Shown here: piece by piece, positions 9,686-18,400 of the stretch
How the letters are laid out: each line of letters begins with the position of its first letter
Numbering within the stretch: position 1 is the stretch's first letter
NCBI RefSeq assembly: GCF_964019745.1
Contig: NZ_OZ026462.1
Location: 180,001 to 212,000 of the forward strand
Source of the DNA: Candidatus Saccharimonadota bacterium
GTDB lineage: Bacteria > Pseudomonadota > Gammaproteobacteria > Burkholderiales > Burkholderiaceae
DNA: 32,000 bases
Direction: 5' to 3'
Translations under genes and position numbers: made by a program
Notes under the pieces: model-generated
Told to the model about the DNA's origin: nothing
The model's input: the letters and a program-made list of their open reading frames with translations, nothing else
The model's database searches: none

Positions 9686-10816
9686 ATGGATTTAGTTTTT
9701 ATTAAGGAAGAATATTTTTCAGATCCATTGTTGTTAAAAAGCGGTTTAAAAATATTTAATTATAAGTTAGTATATGAAACTTATGGTAAATTAAATTTAG
9801 ATAAGTCTAATGTAATTTTAATTTGTCACGCTTTAAACGCATCTCATCATGTTACAGGAAAATATAAAAAAAATATAGAATATTCGGGGTGGTGGAATAA
9901 TATGGTTGGCCCTAATAAAACTATAAATACTAATATTTTTTTTATTATATGTATTAATAATATTGGTTCTTGTTTTGGTTCTACAGGACCTATGAATATT
10001 AATTTTAAAACTGGTTATTTATATGGTTCTAATTTTCCTATTCTTACTATAGAAGATTGGGTAAATTCGCAATTTTTTTTAATGAAAAAATTAAAAATTA
10101 AAAAAATTTTTAATGTTATTGGTGCTTCTTTAGGAGGTATGCAAGTTTTATGTTGGAATTTAATATATCCAAATTTTTCGAAAAATTATATAATAATAGC
10201 TTCTACTTTAAAATTATCTGCGCAAAATATTTCTTTTAATAGTATTACTCGTCAATCAATAAATTTTGATTATTATTTTTTTAATGGAGATTTTTATTAT
10301 TATGGTTTAATTCCTAAAAATAGTTTGTGTATATCACGTATGATTGCTCATAATACTTATATTTCTAGTTTTGATATGTCAAAAAAATTTAATCGTAAAT
10401 TACAATTTGAAAATGTTTGTTTTAATTTTGATATGGATTTTAAAGTTGAATCTTATTTATATTATCAAGGTGAAAAATTTTCTAATTATTTTGATACTAA
10501 TACTTATTTATTAATTACTAAGCTTTTAGATTATTTTGATATGGATAAAAAAATAAAGAAAAAAAATAAAAAAAAAAATTTTTTAATTATATCTTTTAAT
10601 ACTGATTGGAGATTTCCTTTAAAACATAATAAAAAAATAATAAATTTATTAATTAAAAGTAAAATGAATATTTATTTTATTAAAATAAATTCTTTATATG
10701 GGCATGATGCATTTTTAAAATATAATTATAATTATATGCAAGTAATAAATTTTTTTTTAAAAAGAAATTATAAAAATATTTTTTTAAAAAAATATAATAT
10801 ATATAATAATATATAA
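9686..10816 (+). CDS. metX: Homoserine O-acyltransferase (MetX family, alpha/beta hydrolase)
   Basis: Shows LICHALNASHHV...GWWNNMVGPNKTINTNIFFIICINNIGSCFGSTGP, a nucleophile-elbow-like GASLGGMQ, and a C-terminal GHDAFL. These are typical MetX signatures. Confidence 0.88.
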   Translation: MDLVFIKEEYFSDPLLLKSGLKIFNYKLVYETYGKLNLDKSNVILICHALNASHHVTGKYKKNIEYSGWWNNMVGPNKTINTNIFFIICINNIGSCFGSTGPMNINFKTGYLYGSNFPILTIEDWVNSQFFLMKKLKIKKIFNVIGASLGGMQVLCWNLIYPNFSKNYIIIASTLKLSAQNISFNSITRQSINFDYYFFNGDFYYYGLIPKNSLCISRMIAHNTYISSFDMSKKFNRKLQFENVCFNFDMDFKVESYLYYQGEKFSNYFDTNTYLLITKLLDYFDMDKKIKKKNKKKNFLIISFNTDWRFPLKHNKKIINLLIKSKMNIYFIKINSLYGHDAFLKYNYNYMQVINFFLKRNYKNIFLKKYNIYNNI

Positions 10817-10860
10817 TATAATATAATTTATATATAATATATATTTTATATAAAATATAT

Positions 10861-11436
10861 ATATAATATAAATTATATATAATATAAATTGTATATAATA
10901 TAAATTGTATATAATATAAATTATATATAATATAAATTATATATAATATAAATTATATATAATATAAATTATATATAATATAAATTATATATAATATAAA
11001 TTGTATATAATATAAATTGTATATAATATAAATTGTATATAATATAAATTGTATATAATATAAATTGTATATAATATAAATTGTATATAATATAAATTGT
11101 ATATAATATAAATTGTATATAATATAAATTATATATAATATAAATTATATATAATATAAATTATATATAATATAAATTATATATAATATAAATTATATAT
11201 AATATAAATTATATATAATATAAATTATATATAATATAAATTATATATAATATAAATTATATATAATATAAATTATATATAATATAAATTATATATAATA
11301 TAAATTATATATAATATAAATTATATATAATATAAATTATATATAATATAAATTATATATAATATAAATTATATATAATATAAATTATATATAATATAAA
11401 TTATATATAATATAAATTATATATAATATAAATTAT
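10861..11436. repeat. Tandem array of 36 copies of the 16-bp unit ATATAATATAAATTRT
   Basis: I read the array unit by unit, and each unit is perfect apart from one A/G position. The variant order is A x1, G x2, A x5, G x8, A x20. Degenerate related sequence extends left to the metX stop, and the array ends 50 bp before tRNA-Tyr. Confidence 0.97.
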
Positions 11437-11485
11437 ATAGTAAAATTTATTTTATAATATATAATAATATAAAATTTAAAATATT

Positions 11486-11569
11486 GGAGAGATGGCCGAG
11501 TGGTTAATGGCAGCAGACTGTAAATCTGCCCTTTTTATAAGTACGTTGGTTCGAATCCAGCTCTCTCCA
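11486..11569 (+). tRNA. tRNA-Tyr (anticodon GTA), type II with a long variable arm
   Basis: Manual cloverleaf: acceptor GGAGAGA/TCTCTCC plus A, anticodon stem GCAGA/TCTGC, loop CTGTAAA, T arm GTTGG-TTCGAAT-CCAGC. Confidence 0.93.
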
Positions 11570-11601
11570 TAAAATATATATAAATATATATTTTTATAAA
11601 A

Positions 11602-11672
11602 GCGGATATAGCTCAATGGTAGAGTAAAAGCCTTCCAAGCTTGAGATAAGGGTTCAATTCCCTTTATCCGCT
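11602..11672 (+). tRNA. tRNA-Gly (anticodon TCC)
   Basis: Manual cloverleaf: acceptor GCGGATA/TATCCGC, anticodon loop CTTCCAA, T arm AAGGG-TTCAATT-CCCTT. Confidence 0.92.
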
Positions 11673-11698
11673 TTTAAAAATATTAATTATTATAATTA

Positions 11699-11770
11699 GC
11701 CCTTGTAGCTTAGTGGTAGAGCACTCCCTTAGTAAGGGAGAGGTCAAATGTTCAATTCATTTCTAGGGCA
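11699..11770 (+). tRNA. tRNA-Thr with the unusual anticodon AGT
   Basis: Manual cloverleaf: acceptor GCCCTTG/CTAGGGC (one T-T mismatch), D arm GCTT-AGTGGTA-GAGC, anticodon stem CTCCC/GGGAG, 7-nt loop TTAGTAA, giving anticodon AGT. Confidence 0.88.
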
Positions 11771-11822
11771 AAAATTTAAAAATAATTTATATAATAAATA
11801 TTATATATTTTTTTATTTTAAG

Positions 11823-11895
11823 AGGGGGATAGTTCAAATGGTAGAGCATCGGTCTCCAAAACCGAAAGTTGGGGGTTCAATCCCCTCTCCCCCTG
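11823..11895 (+). tRNA. tRNA-Trp (anticodon CCA)
   Basis: Manual cloverleaf: acceptor AGGGGGA/TCCCCCT plus G, anticodon stem TCGGT/ACCGA, loop CTCCAAA, T loop TTCAATC. The CCA anticodon argues for UGA as stop. Confidence 0.92.
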
Positions 11896-11930
11896 TGATA
11901 AAAAAAAATATATTTTTTATATATTAATAT

Positions 11931-11985
11931 AATATAATATAATACAACATAATACAACATAATACAACATAATACAACATAATAC
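11931..11985. repeat. 10-bp tandem repeat AATACAACAT: 4 perfect copies plus degenerate flanking copies
   Basis: Positions 11941-11980 read aatacaacat x4. They are preceded by aatataatat and followed by the partial copy aatac. Confidence 0.9.
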
Positions 11986-12038
11986 GGGATTGTATAACAT
12001 ATATATAATATAATATAATATTATATAATATAATGTAA

Positions 12039-12540
12039 TACAATATAAATAATAGTATTAGTACTAATATTAGTAATAATATTAGTAATAATGTTAATAA
12101 CAATATTATTGATAATATTATTAATGTTATTATTAATAATATTAATAACAGTTTTATTAAAAATATTATTAATTTTTTTAATAGTAAAATTAATAACAAA
12201 ACCATTAATAATACTACTAATAATTTTACTAATAATATTAATACCAATTATATTATTAATAATATGAGTAATAATATGAGTACTATTATTAATAATAATA
12301 TTTATAATAGTATTAACAATATAACTAATAATCATATCGGATATAACATTACTAATAATATCAATACTAATATTAGTAATAATATCAATGATAATATTAT
12401 TAATGTCGATAATTTTATAATAGTTATGATACTAGTTTTTAATATTAATAATAATAATATTATTAATATTATTTCTAGTATTATTAATAATAATAATTAT
12501 AATTATAATTATAATTATAATTATAATAATAATAATAATA
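12039..12540. repeat. Decayed trinucleotide (AAT/ATT)n tract of about 500 bp, ending in (AATTAT)x5 at 12495-12524 and a pure (AAT)n run
   Basis: Read in the frame starting at 12039, the tract is almost entirely aat/att/agt/act/ata/gtt-type codons and has no stop for about 169 codons. The low-complexity track ORFs on both strands overlap it. Confidence 0.8.
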
Positions 12541-12585
12541 TTTAATATTAATATTAATATTTAATATTAATATTTAATATTAATA
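12541..12585. repeat. 13-bp repeat TTTAATATTAATA x3, with an extra TTAATA after the first copy
   Basis: Copies start at 12541, 12560 and 12573, read directly from the sequence. Confidence 0.85.
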
Positions 12586-12687
12586 ATTAACATTAACATT
12601 AACATTAACATTAACATTAACATTAACATTAACATTAACATTAACATTAACATTAACATTAATATTAACATTAATATTAACATTAAT
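12586..12687. repeat. Hexanucleotide microsatellite: (ATTAAC)x12, then alternating ATTAAT/ATTAAC, 17 units in total
   Basis: Read directly: 12 perfect attaac units from 12586 to 12657, then attaat, attaac, attaat, attaac, attaat. Confidence 0.95.
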
Positions 12688-12790
12688 AATTAATAATTAA
12701 TAATTAATAATTAATAATTAATAATTAATAATTAATAATTAATAATTAATAATTAATAATTAATAATTAATAATTAATAATTAATAATTA
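12688..12790. repeat. Heptanucleotide microsatellite (AATTAAT), 14 copies plus a partial copy, ending 17 bp before the secE start
   Basis: Read directly: perfect 7-nt phase from 12688 to 12785, and the last unit degenerates to aattaaa. Confidence 0.95.
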
Positions 12791-12807
12791 AAAAATAAAA
12801 ATTATAT

Positions 12808-12996
12808 ATGAAATATATTATTTTTTTTTTTAATTTTTTAAAAAAATCTTTTAAAGAATTTAAAAAAATTATTTGGCCTACTTTTTTTGAAGTAATTGAA
12901 GTTATTATTGTAGTTATTTTATTTTGTATTTTTATGTTTTTTTTTTTTATTTATTCAGATAAATTAATTAAAAATATATTGTGTAATATATATTAA
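12808..12996 (+). CDS. secE: Preprotein translocase subunit SecE (minimal single-TM form, 62 aa)
   Basis: The sequence FKEFKKIIWPTFFEVIEVIIVVILFCIFMFFFF matches the conserved SecE core (E..KV.WP.r.E followed by a TM helix). Its position immediately upstream of rplK is the canonical one. Confidence 0.75.
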   Translation: MKYIIFFFNFLKKSFKEFKKIIWPTFFEVIEVIIVVILFCIFMFFFFIYSDKLIKNILCNIY

Positions 12997-13144
12997 TATG
13001 TTATCATATAATTTAATTATATGAAATATTTTATATTTTTTTAAAAAATAAAATATTAAAAATGTTTATTTTTTAAATTATTAAAAATATAATTTATTAA
13101 AATTATTTTTTTTATATTATATATATTTTAAATTATTTTATTAA

Positions 13145-13570
13145 ATGAAAAAAATTATAGGTTTTATTAAATTACAAATTTTAGCTGGAAAAGCTACTCC
13201 TGCACCTCCTATAGGTCCAGCTTTAGGACAAAGAGGTTTAAATATTATGGAGTTTTGTAAAAATTTTAATAATCAAACTAAAAATTTGGAATCGGATTTA
13301 CCTATACCTGTTGTAATAACTGTTTTTTTTGATAAATCTTTTGATTTTATTTTAAAAACTCCTCCTACATCGGTATTGATAAAAAAAATTTTAGGCATTG
13401 ATAAAGGTTCATCAAAGCCAAATTTAAATAAAGTAGGAACTATTTCTATGAAACAAATAGAAGAGATTGCTCTTAAAAAAAGAAAAAATCTTACTTCAAA
13501 TAATTTATCAGGAGCTATTCGTACTATTATTGGTTCTGCTATTTCTATGGGAGTTTTAGTAAAAAATTAA
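13145..13570 (+). CDS. rplK: 50S ribosomal protein L11
   Basis: Shows [34 protein letters not shown] and [20 protein letters not shown], which are clear L11 signatures. Confidence 0.97.
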   Translation: MKKIIGFIKLQILAGKATPAPPIGPALGQRGLNIMEFCKNFNNQTKNLESDLPIPVVITVFFDKSFDFILKTPPTSVLIKKILGIDKGSSKPNLNKVGTISMKQIEEIALKKRKNLTSNNLSGAIRTIIGSAISMGVLVKN

Positions 13571-13601
13571 TAAATTTTTAATTAATAATTTTAAAATTTT
13601 T

Positions 13602-14288
13602 ATGTTAAAAATTTCTAAAAAAAGAAAAGAAATTCTAAAAAAAATAAATAATAAAAAAAAGTATCTATTAGAAGAAGCTTTTGTTTTAATAAAAAAATGT
13701 TCTATAGCAAAATTTAATGAATCTGTTGACATTTCTATTCATTTAGGTATAGATTATAAAAGATCTGATCAAATTGTTCGTGGTTTTGTTATTTTTCCTT
13801 TTAATTTTAAAAAGTCTGTTAAAGTTTTAGTTTTTGCTAAAGATGAAGAAAGAAAAAGTGCTTTAGAAGCTGGTGCTGATTTTGTTGGTATGGAAGATTT
13901 AATAAAAAAAATTAAATTAAAAGGAATTTTTTTTGATGTAGTTGTTACTTCGCCTAAAAATATGTTAATTTTAAATTCTTTAGGAAAAATTTTAGGACCT
14001 CGTGGATTAATGCCAAATAAAAAAAGTGGTACATTATCTTCTGATATTTTTAATACTGTTAAAAATATTAAATTAGGACAAGTTAATTATAAAAGTGATA
14101 AATTTGGTATTATTAATTTATCAATTGGTAAAAGTAATTTTAAAATTTCAAGTTTAAAATCTAATTTTTTTTCATTATTAAATTCTTTAAAAAAAAATAA
14201 ACCTATTTCTTTGAAAAATATTTATTTTCGTAATATTTGGGTATCTTCTACTATGGGTATAGGTGTTAAAATTAATCAACAGTTTTAA
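13602..14288 (+). CDS. rplA: 50S ribosomal protein L1
   Basis: Shows FNESVDISIHLGIDYKRSDQIVRG, ALEAGADFVG and LGPRGLMPNKKSGT. Its position after rplK fits. Confidence 0.95.
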   Translation: MLKISKKRKEILKKINNKKKYLLEEAFVLIKKCSIAKFNESVDISIHLGIDYKRSDQIVRGFVIFPFNFKKSVKVLVFAKDEERKSALEAGADFVGMEDLIKKIKLKGIFFDVVVTSPKNMLILNSLGKILGPRGLMPNKKSGTLSSDIFNTVKNIKLGQVNYKSDKFGIINLSIGKSNFKISSLKSNFFSLLNSLKKNKPISLKNIYFRNIWVSSTMGIGVKINQQF

Positions 14289-14341
14289 TTATTAAATTTT
14301 TTTAATAATATTTATAATTAATAATTTATATTTATATTTTT

Positions 14342-14346
14342 GGAGG
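14342..14346 (+). promoter_or_regulatory. Shine-Dalgarno-like GGAGG, 4 nt upstream of the rplJ TTG start
   Basis: The sequence reads tggaggtatt|ttg. It is the only strong SD-like motif I could find in front of any CDS in this window. Confidence 0.45.
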
Positions 14347-14350
14347 TATT

Positions 14351-14836
14351 TTGAATTTTAATATTGATAAAAAAAAAAAAATTGTATCTAAAATTATAGA
14401 AAAAATTAATATTTTTAATGTTATTATTTTAGCTAAATTTAAAAAAATAAGTACTAATCAATTAACTGATTTAAGAGTAATTTTTAAAAAAAAAAAAATT
14501 TTTATATCTGTATTTAAAAATAGCTTATTAAAAAAAGCTTTAATAAAAAGTAAATTTGAAAAAATAATTTCAAAAATTAATGGTCAAATAATTTGTTTTT
14601 TTTCTAATGATGTAATTTTATTATCTAAAGTAATTATTGATTTTTTAAAAATTAATAAAAATTTAATTGTTAAAATAGGAAGTTTTTTTGAAAAAAAAAT
14701 TTTTTTATTAGATATAAAAAATTTTGCAAATATCCCTAGTAAAAATGTGTTATTAATGCAATTATTTAAAATTTTTAGGTATTCTATAATTAATTTTATA
14801 AAAATTTTATTTTTTATAAAAAATAAAAAAAAATAA
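14351..14836 (+). CDS. rplJ: 50S ribosomal protein L10 (divergent)
   Basis: MNFNIDKKKKIVSKIIEKI...LTDLRVIFKKKKIFISVFKNSLLKKAL parallels E. coli L10 (MALNLQDKQAIVAEV...[27 protein letters not shown]). It sits between rplA and rplL and starts with TTG. Confidence 0.85.
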   Translation: MNFNIDKKKKIVSKIIEKINIFNVIILAKFKKISTNQLTDLRVIFKKKKIFISVFKNSLLKKALIKSKFEKIISKINGQIICFFSNDVILLSKVIIDFLKINKNLIVKIGSFFEKKIFLLDIKNFANIPSKNVLLMQLFKIFRYSIINFIKILFFIKNKKK

Positions 14837-15047
14837 TTATTATAAAAATTTTATTTAAATTATTATTAATTATTTTTTTTATTTGTTTTTTATTAAATAT
14901 ATTTTATATAAATATAAAAATAATTTTATATATATAAAATATGTATATATATTTATGTTTTTATAAGGTATTTATTTTTAACAATAGAGAAATTTAAAAA
15001 CAATTTTAAATTGTTATTTAAATTTTAATATATTTTTTAAAAATTTA

Positions 15048-15434
15048 ATGATTAAAAAATTAACAAAAGATGAGATTATTAAAGTAATTAATAATTTAAG
15101 TGTTTTAGAGTTAAATGATTTAATTAAAGGTTTTGAAAAAAAATTAGGTATATCAGTTAATGATATTAATAATATTAATACTTTGAATAAAAATATAAAT
15201 AATATTTCTAAAAAAAAAGAAAAAACAAAATTTTCAGTAATTTTAACTGAAATAGGTACTAGTAAAATTAGTGTGATTAAAATTGTTAGAGAACTTACTG
15301 GTTTAGGATTAAAAGAATGTAAAAATTTAGTTGATAATATACCTAAATCTTTAAAAGATAATTTAACTAAAGTAGAAGCAGAGACTTTTATAAAAAAAAT
15401 AGAATCTATTGGAGCTAAAGCTTTAATAAAATAA
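15048..15434 (+). CDS. rplL: 50S ribosomal protein L7/L12
   Basis: Has an N-terminal dimerisation-helix-like segment, and the C-terminal domain reads KISVIKIVRELTGLGLKECKNLVDNIPKSLKDNLTKVEAETFIKKIESIGAKA. Confidence 0.93.
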   Translation: MIKKLTKDEIIKVINNLSVLELNDLIKGFEKKLGISVNDINNINTLNKNINNISKKKEKTKFSVILTEIGTSKISVIKIVRELTGLGLKECKNLVDNIPKSLKDNLTKVEAETFIKKIESIGAKALIK

Positions 15435-15494
15435 TGTTTAATAAAAATTTTTTAATTTTTTTTTTTTTAAATTTTATGACTAATAATAAATATC

Positions 15495-18400
15495 ATGATT
15501 ACTAAATATATTGATTCTTTTATTAAGAAAAAAAGTATTCGTAAATCTTTTACAAATAGAAATAAGGTGTTTAAAACTTTAAATTTATTAGAAATACAAC
15601 TTAAATCTTATGAAAAATTTTTGCAAAAAGATATTTTTTTTTTAAAAAGAAAAAATTATGGTTTACAATTTATCTTTAAAACTTTTTTTCCTGTTGCTTC
15701 TAAAGATAATTCTTATAATATAGAATATTTATATTATTTTTTAGAAAAACCTATTTTTAATATTAAAGAATGTAAAGAACGTGGCTTAACATATTCTTCT
15801 GTTTTAAAAGTTATGTTTCGTTTAAATATTTTTTATAAAGGTTTTTTAGAAACAAAAGTTATAAAAGAAATTAAAGAACAAGAAATTTTTATGGGCGAAA
15901 TACCTTTAATGACAAATTTTGGAACATTTATTATTAATGGTACAGAACGTACTGTTGTTTCTCAATTATATAAATCACCTGGAGTTTTTTTTGATTATAA
16001 TAAAAAAAAATTTTTTTCTGATGAAAAAATCTTTTATAACGCTAAGATAGTACCTTATAAAGGTTCTTGGTTAGAATTTGAATTTGATTCTAAAGATATA
16101 TTATTTTTTCGTATTGATAGACGAGCAAAAATGCCAGTTACAATTTTATTAAAAGCTATGGGTATGACTGTTGAAAAAATTTTATATTCTTTTTCTTTAT
16201 ATGATAAATTTTTAATTTTAAAAAATTTTGTTAGAATTAAAATTATTGTTAATCGTTTATTAGGAAAAAAAATTAATTTTAATCTTTTTAAAGAGAATGG
16301 AAAACTTTTAATAAAAAAAAATGAGATAATTACTTTAAAAAAATTACGAATAGATTCAAAAACTGAATATTGTATTTTTTTAGTTAAAATAAAATATTTA
16401 TTGGGGCGTGTTTTAAAAGAAAATATTATTAGTAATATTGATAAAAAAATAGTAATTGCTTATGCAAATGAAACAATTACAAAAGATTTGTTGTTTATGT
16501 TTATAAAACATAAAATTAAAGTTGTAAAAATTATTTATAGTAGTAATATTAATTATATTGATTATATTTCAAAAATTTTAAATTTTGATAAAACTTTAGA
16601 TTCATTTTCTGCAAAAAAATTTATTTATAAAATTATGCGCCCTGGTGATTCTCCAACTATTGATACTGTAGAAATTTTTTTTAAAAATTTATTTTTTAAT
16701 AAAAAACGTTATAATTTATCTTTAATAGGTCGTATGAAATTAAATAGTAGATTTGGTTTTGATAGTTCTTATGGAACTTCTCTTTTATCTATTAAGGATA
16801 TAATATATGTTATTAAAACTTTAATTAATCTTAAAAATAATATTGGTAGTATAGATGATATTGATCATTTAGGTAATAGAAGAATTAGAAGTGTTGGAGA
16901 ATTATTAGAAAATCAATTAAAATTTGCTTTTAATAAAACTGAAAAATTTATTAAAGAGCGTTTAAATTATGTTGAACAAGATAATTTAATGCCTCATGAT
17001 TTTATAAATTCTAAAACAATTTCTACAATTATAAGGGATTTTTTTTGTACTTCACAATTATCTCAATTTTTAGATCAAACAAAAACAATTTCTACAATTA
17101 TAAGGGATTTTTTTTGTACTTCACAATTATCTCAATTTTTAGATCAAACAAATTCTTTATCTGAAATTACACATAAACGTCGTATTTCATCTTTAGGACC
17201 TGGAGGATTAACAAGAGAAAGAGCAGGTTTTGAAGTTAGAGATGTACATTATACTCACTATGGGCGTGTTTGTCCAATAGAAACTCCGGAGGGTCCTAAT
17301 ATAGGATTGATAAACTCTCTAGCTTTGTTTTCAAAATTAGATAAATATGGTTTTTTAGAGACACCTTACTATAAGGTTGTAAATAAAAAAGTTACTTCTG
17401 AAATTAAATATCTTAATGCGTTTAATGAAGCTTTTTATACTATAGCACAAGCTAATTCTATTATTAATAATAAAAAAGAATTAATAGGTCCTTTAGTTTC
17501 TGCTAGAAAATTAGGTAATAATATTTTTGTTTCTCCTGAAAAAATTGATTTTATAGATGTTTCTCCTAATCAAATAGTATCATTAGCAGCATCTTTAATA
17601 CCTTTTTTAGAACATGATGATGCGAATAGAGCTTTAATGGGTGCTAATATGCAACGTCAAGCTGTTCCCTGTATGAAAGCACAAAGGCCTTTAGTAGGTA
17701 CTGGTTTAGAAAAAATTGTAATTTCAAATTCTGGAGATGTAATAAGATCTTTAAGAGGTGGTAAAATAATTTTTGTAGATTCTAATAAAATTGTTATAAG
17801 TGTTAATGAAGATGAAATTATGAGTAATGATTTAGGAATTGATGTTTATAATTTAGTTAAATATTCAAGAACTAATCAAGATACTAATGTTAATCAAAAA
17901 ATTATTGTTAATGTTGGAGATTTAGTATTAAAAAATGATGTTATAGCTGATTGTTCTTCAAGTCATTTAGGTGAATTATCTTTGGGGCAAAATATACTTG
18001 TGGCTTTTATGTCTTGGAATGGTTATAATTTTGAAGATTCTATTATAATTTCTAAAAAGATTGTTGTTGAAGAAGTGTATACCTCTATACATGTTAAAGA
18101 ATTTGTAGTTTTAATTCGTGATACTAAATTAGGATTTGAAAAAAATACTAGAAAAGTTCCAAATCTACCTAAAAAACAAAAATTTAAATTAGATGATTCT
18201 GGTATTATTCATCTTGGTGCGGAAGTAGTATCTGGTGATGTATTAGTAGGAAAAATTACACCTAAAAATGATATTCAAATTACTCCTGAAGAAAAATTAA
18301 TTTGTGCTATTTTTAAAGAAAAAATTTCTAATTTTAAAGATACTTCTTTTAGAGTACCACCTCAAATATGTGGTACAGTTATTAATGTAGAAATTTTTAC

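Noticed and set aside
10861-11436. CRISPR array interpretation of the 16-mer array
   Set aside because: The units are directly adjacent with no spacers, the unit is only 16 bp, and there are no cas genes. It is a plain tandem minisatellite.
11924-12545. Track ORFs 11924-12247 (-), 12021-12335 (-) and 12264-12545 (+) as real genes (Leu/Ile-rich membrane-like or Asn-rich proteins)
   Set aside because: They overlap one another on both strands and coincide exactly with the decayed (AAT/ATT)n tract. The repeat structure suppresses stop codons without any need for selection. I kept the tract as a low-priority finding but do not call any CDS.
14837-15047. Hairpin-like acaattt-t-aaattgt in the rplJ-rplL spacer as a terminator or attenuator
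   Set aside because: The stem is A/T-only with a 1-nt loop, which is sterically implausible, and there is no following T-tract beyond the background. It cannot be distinguished from chance.
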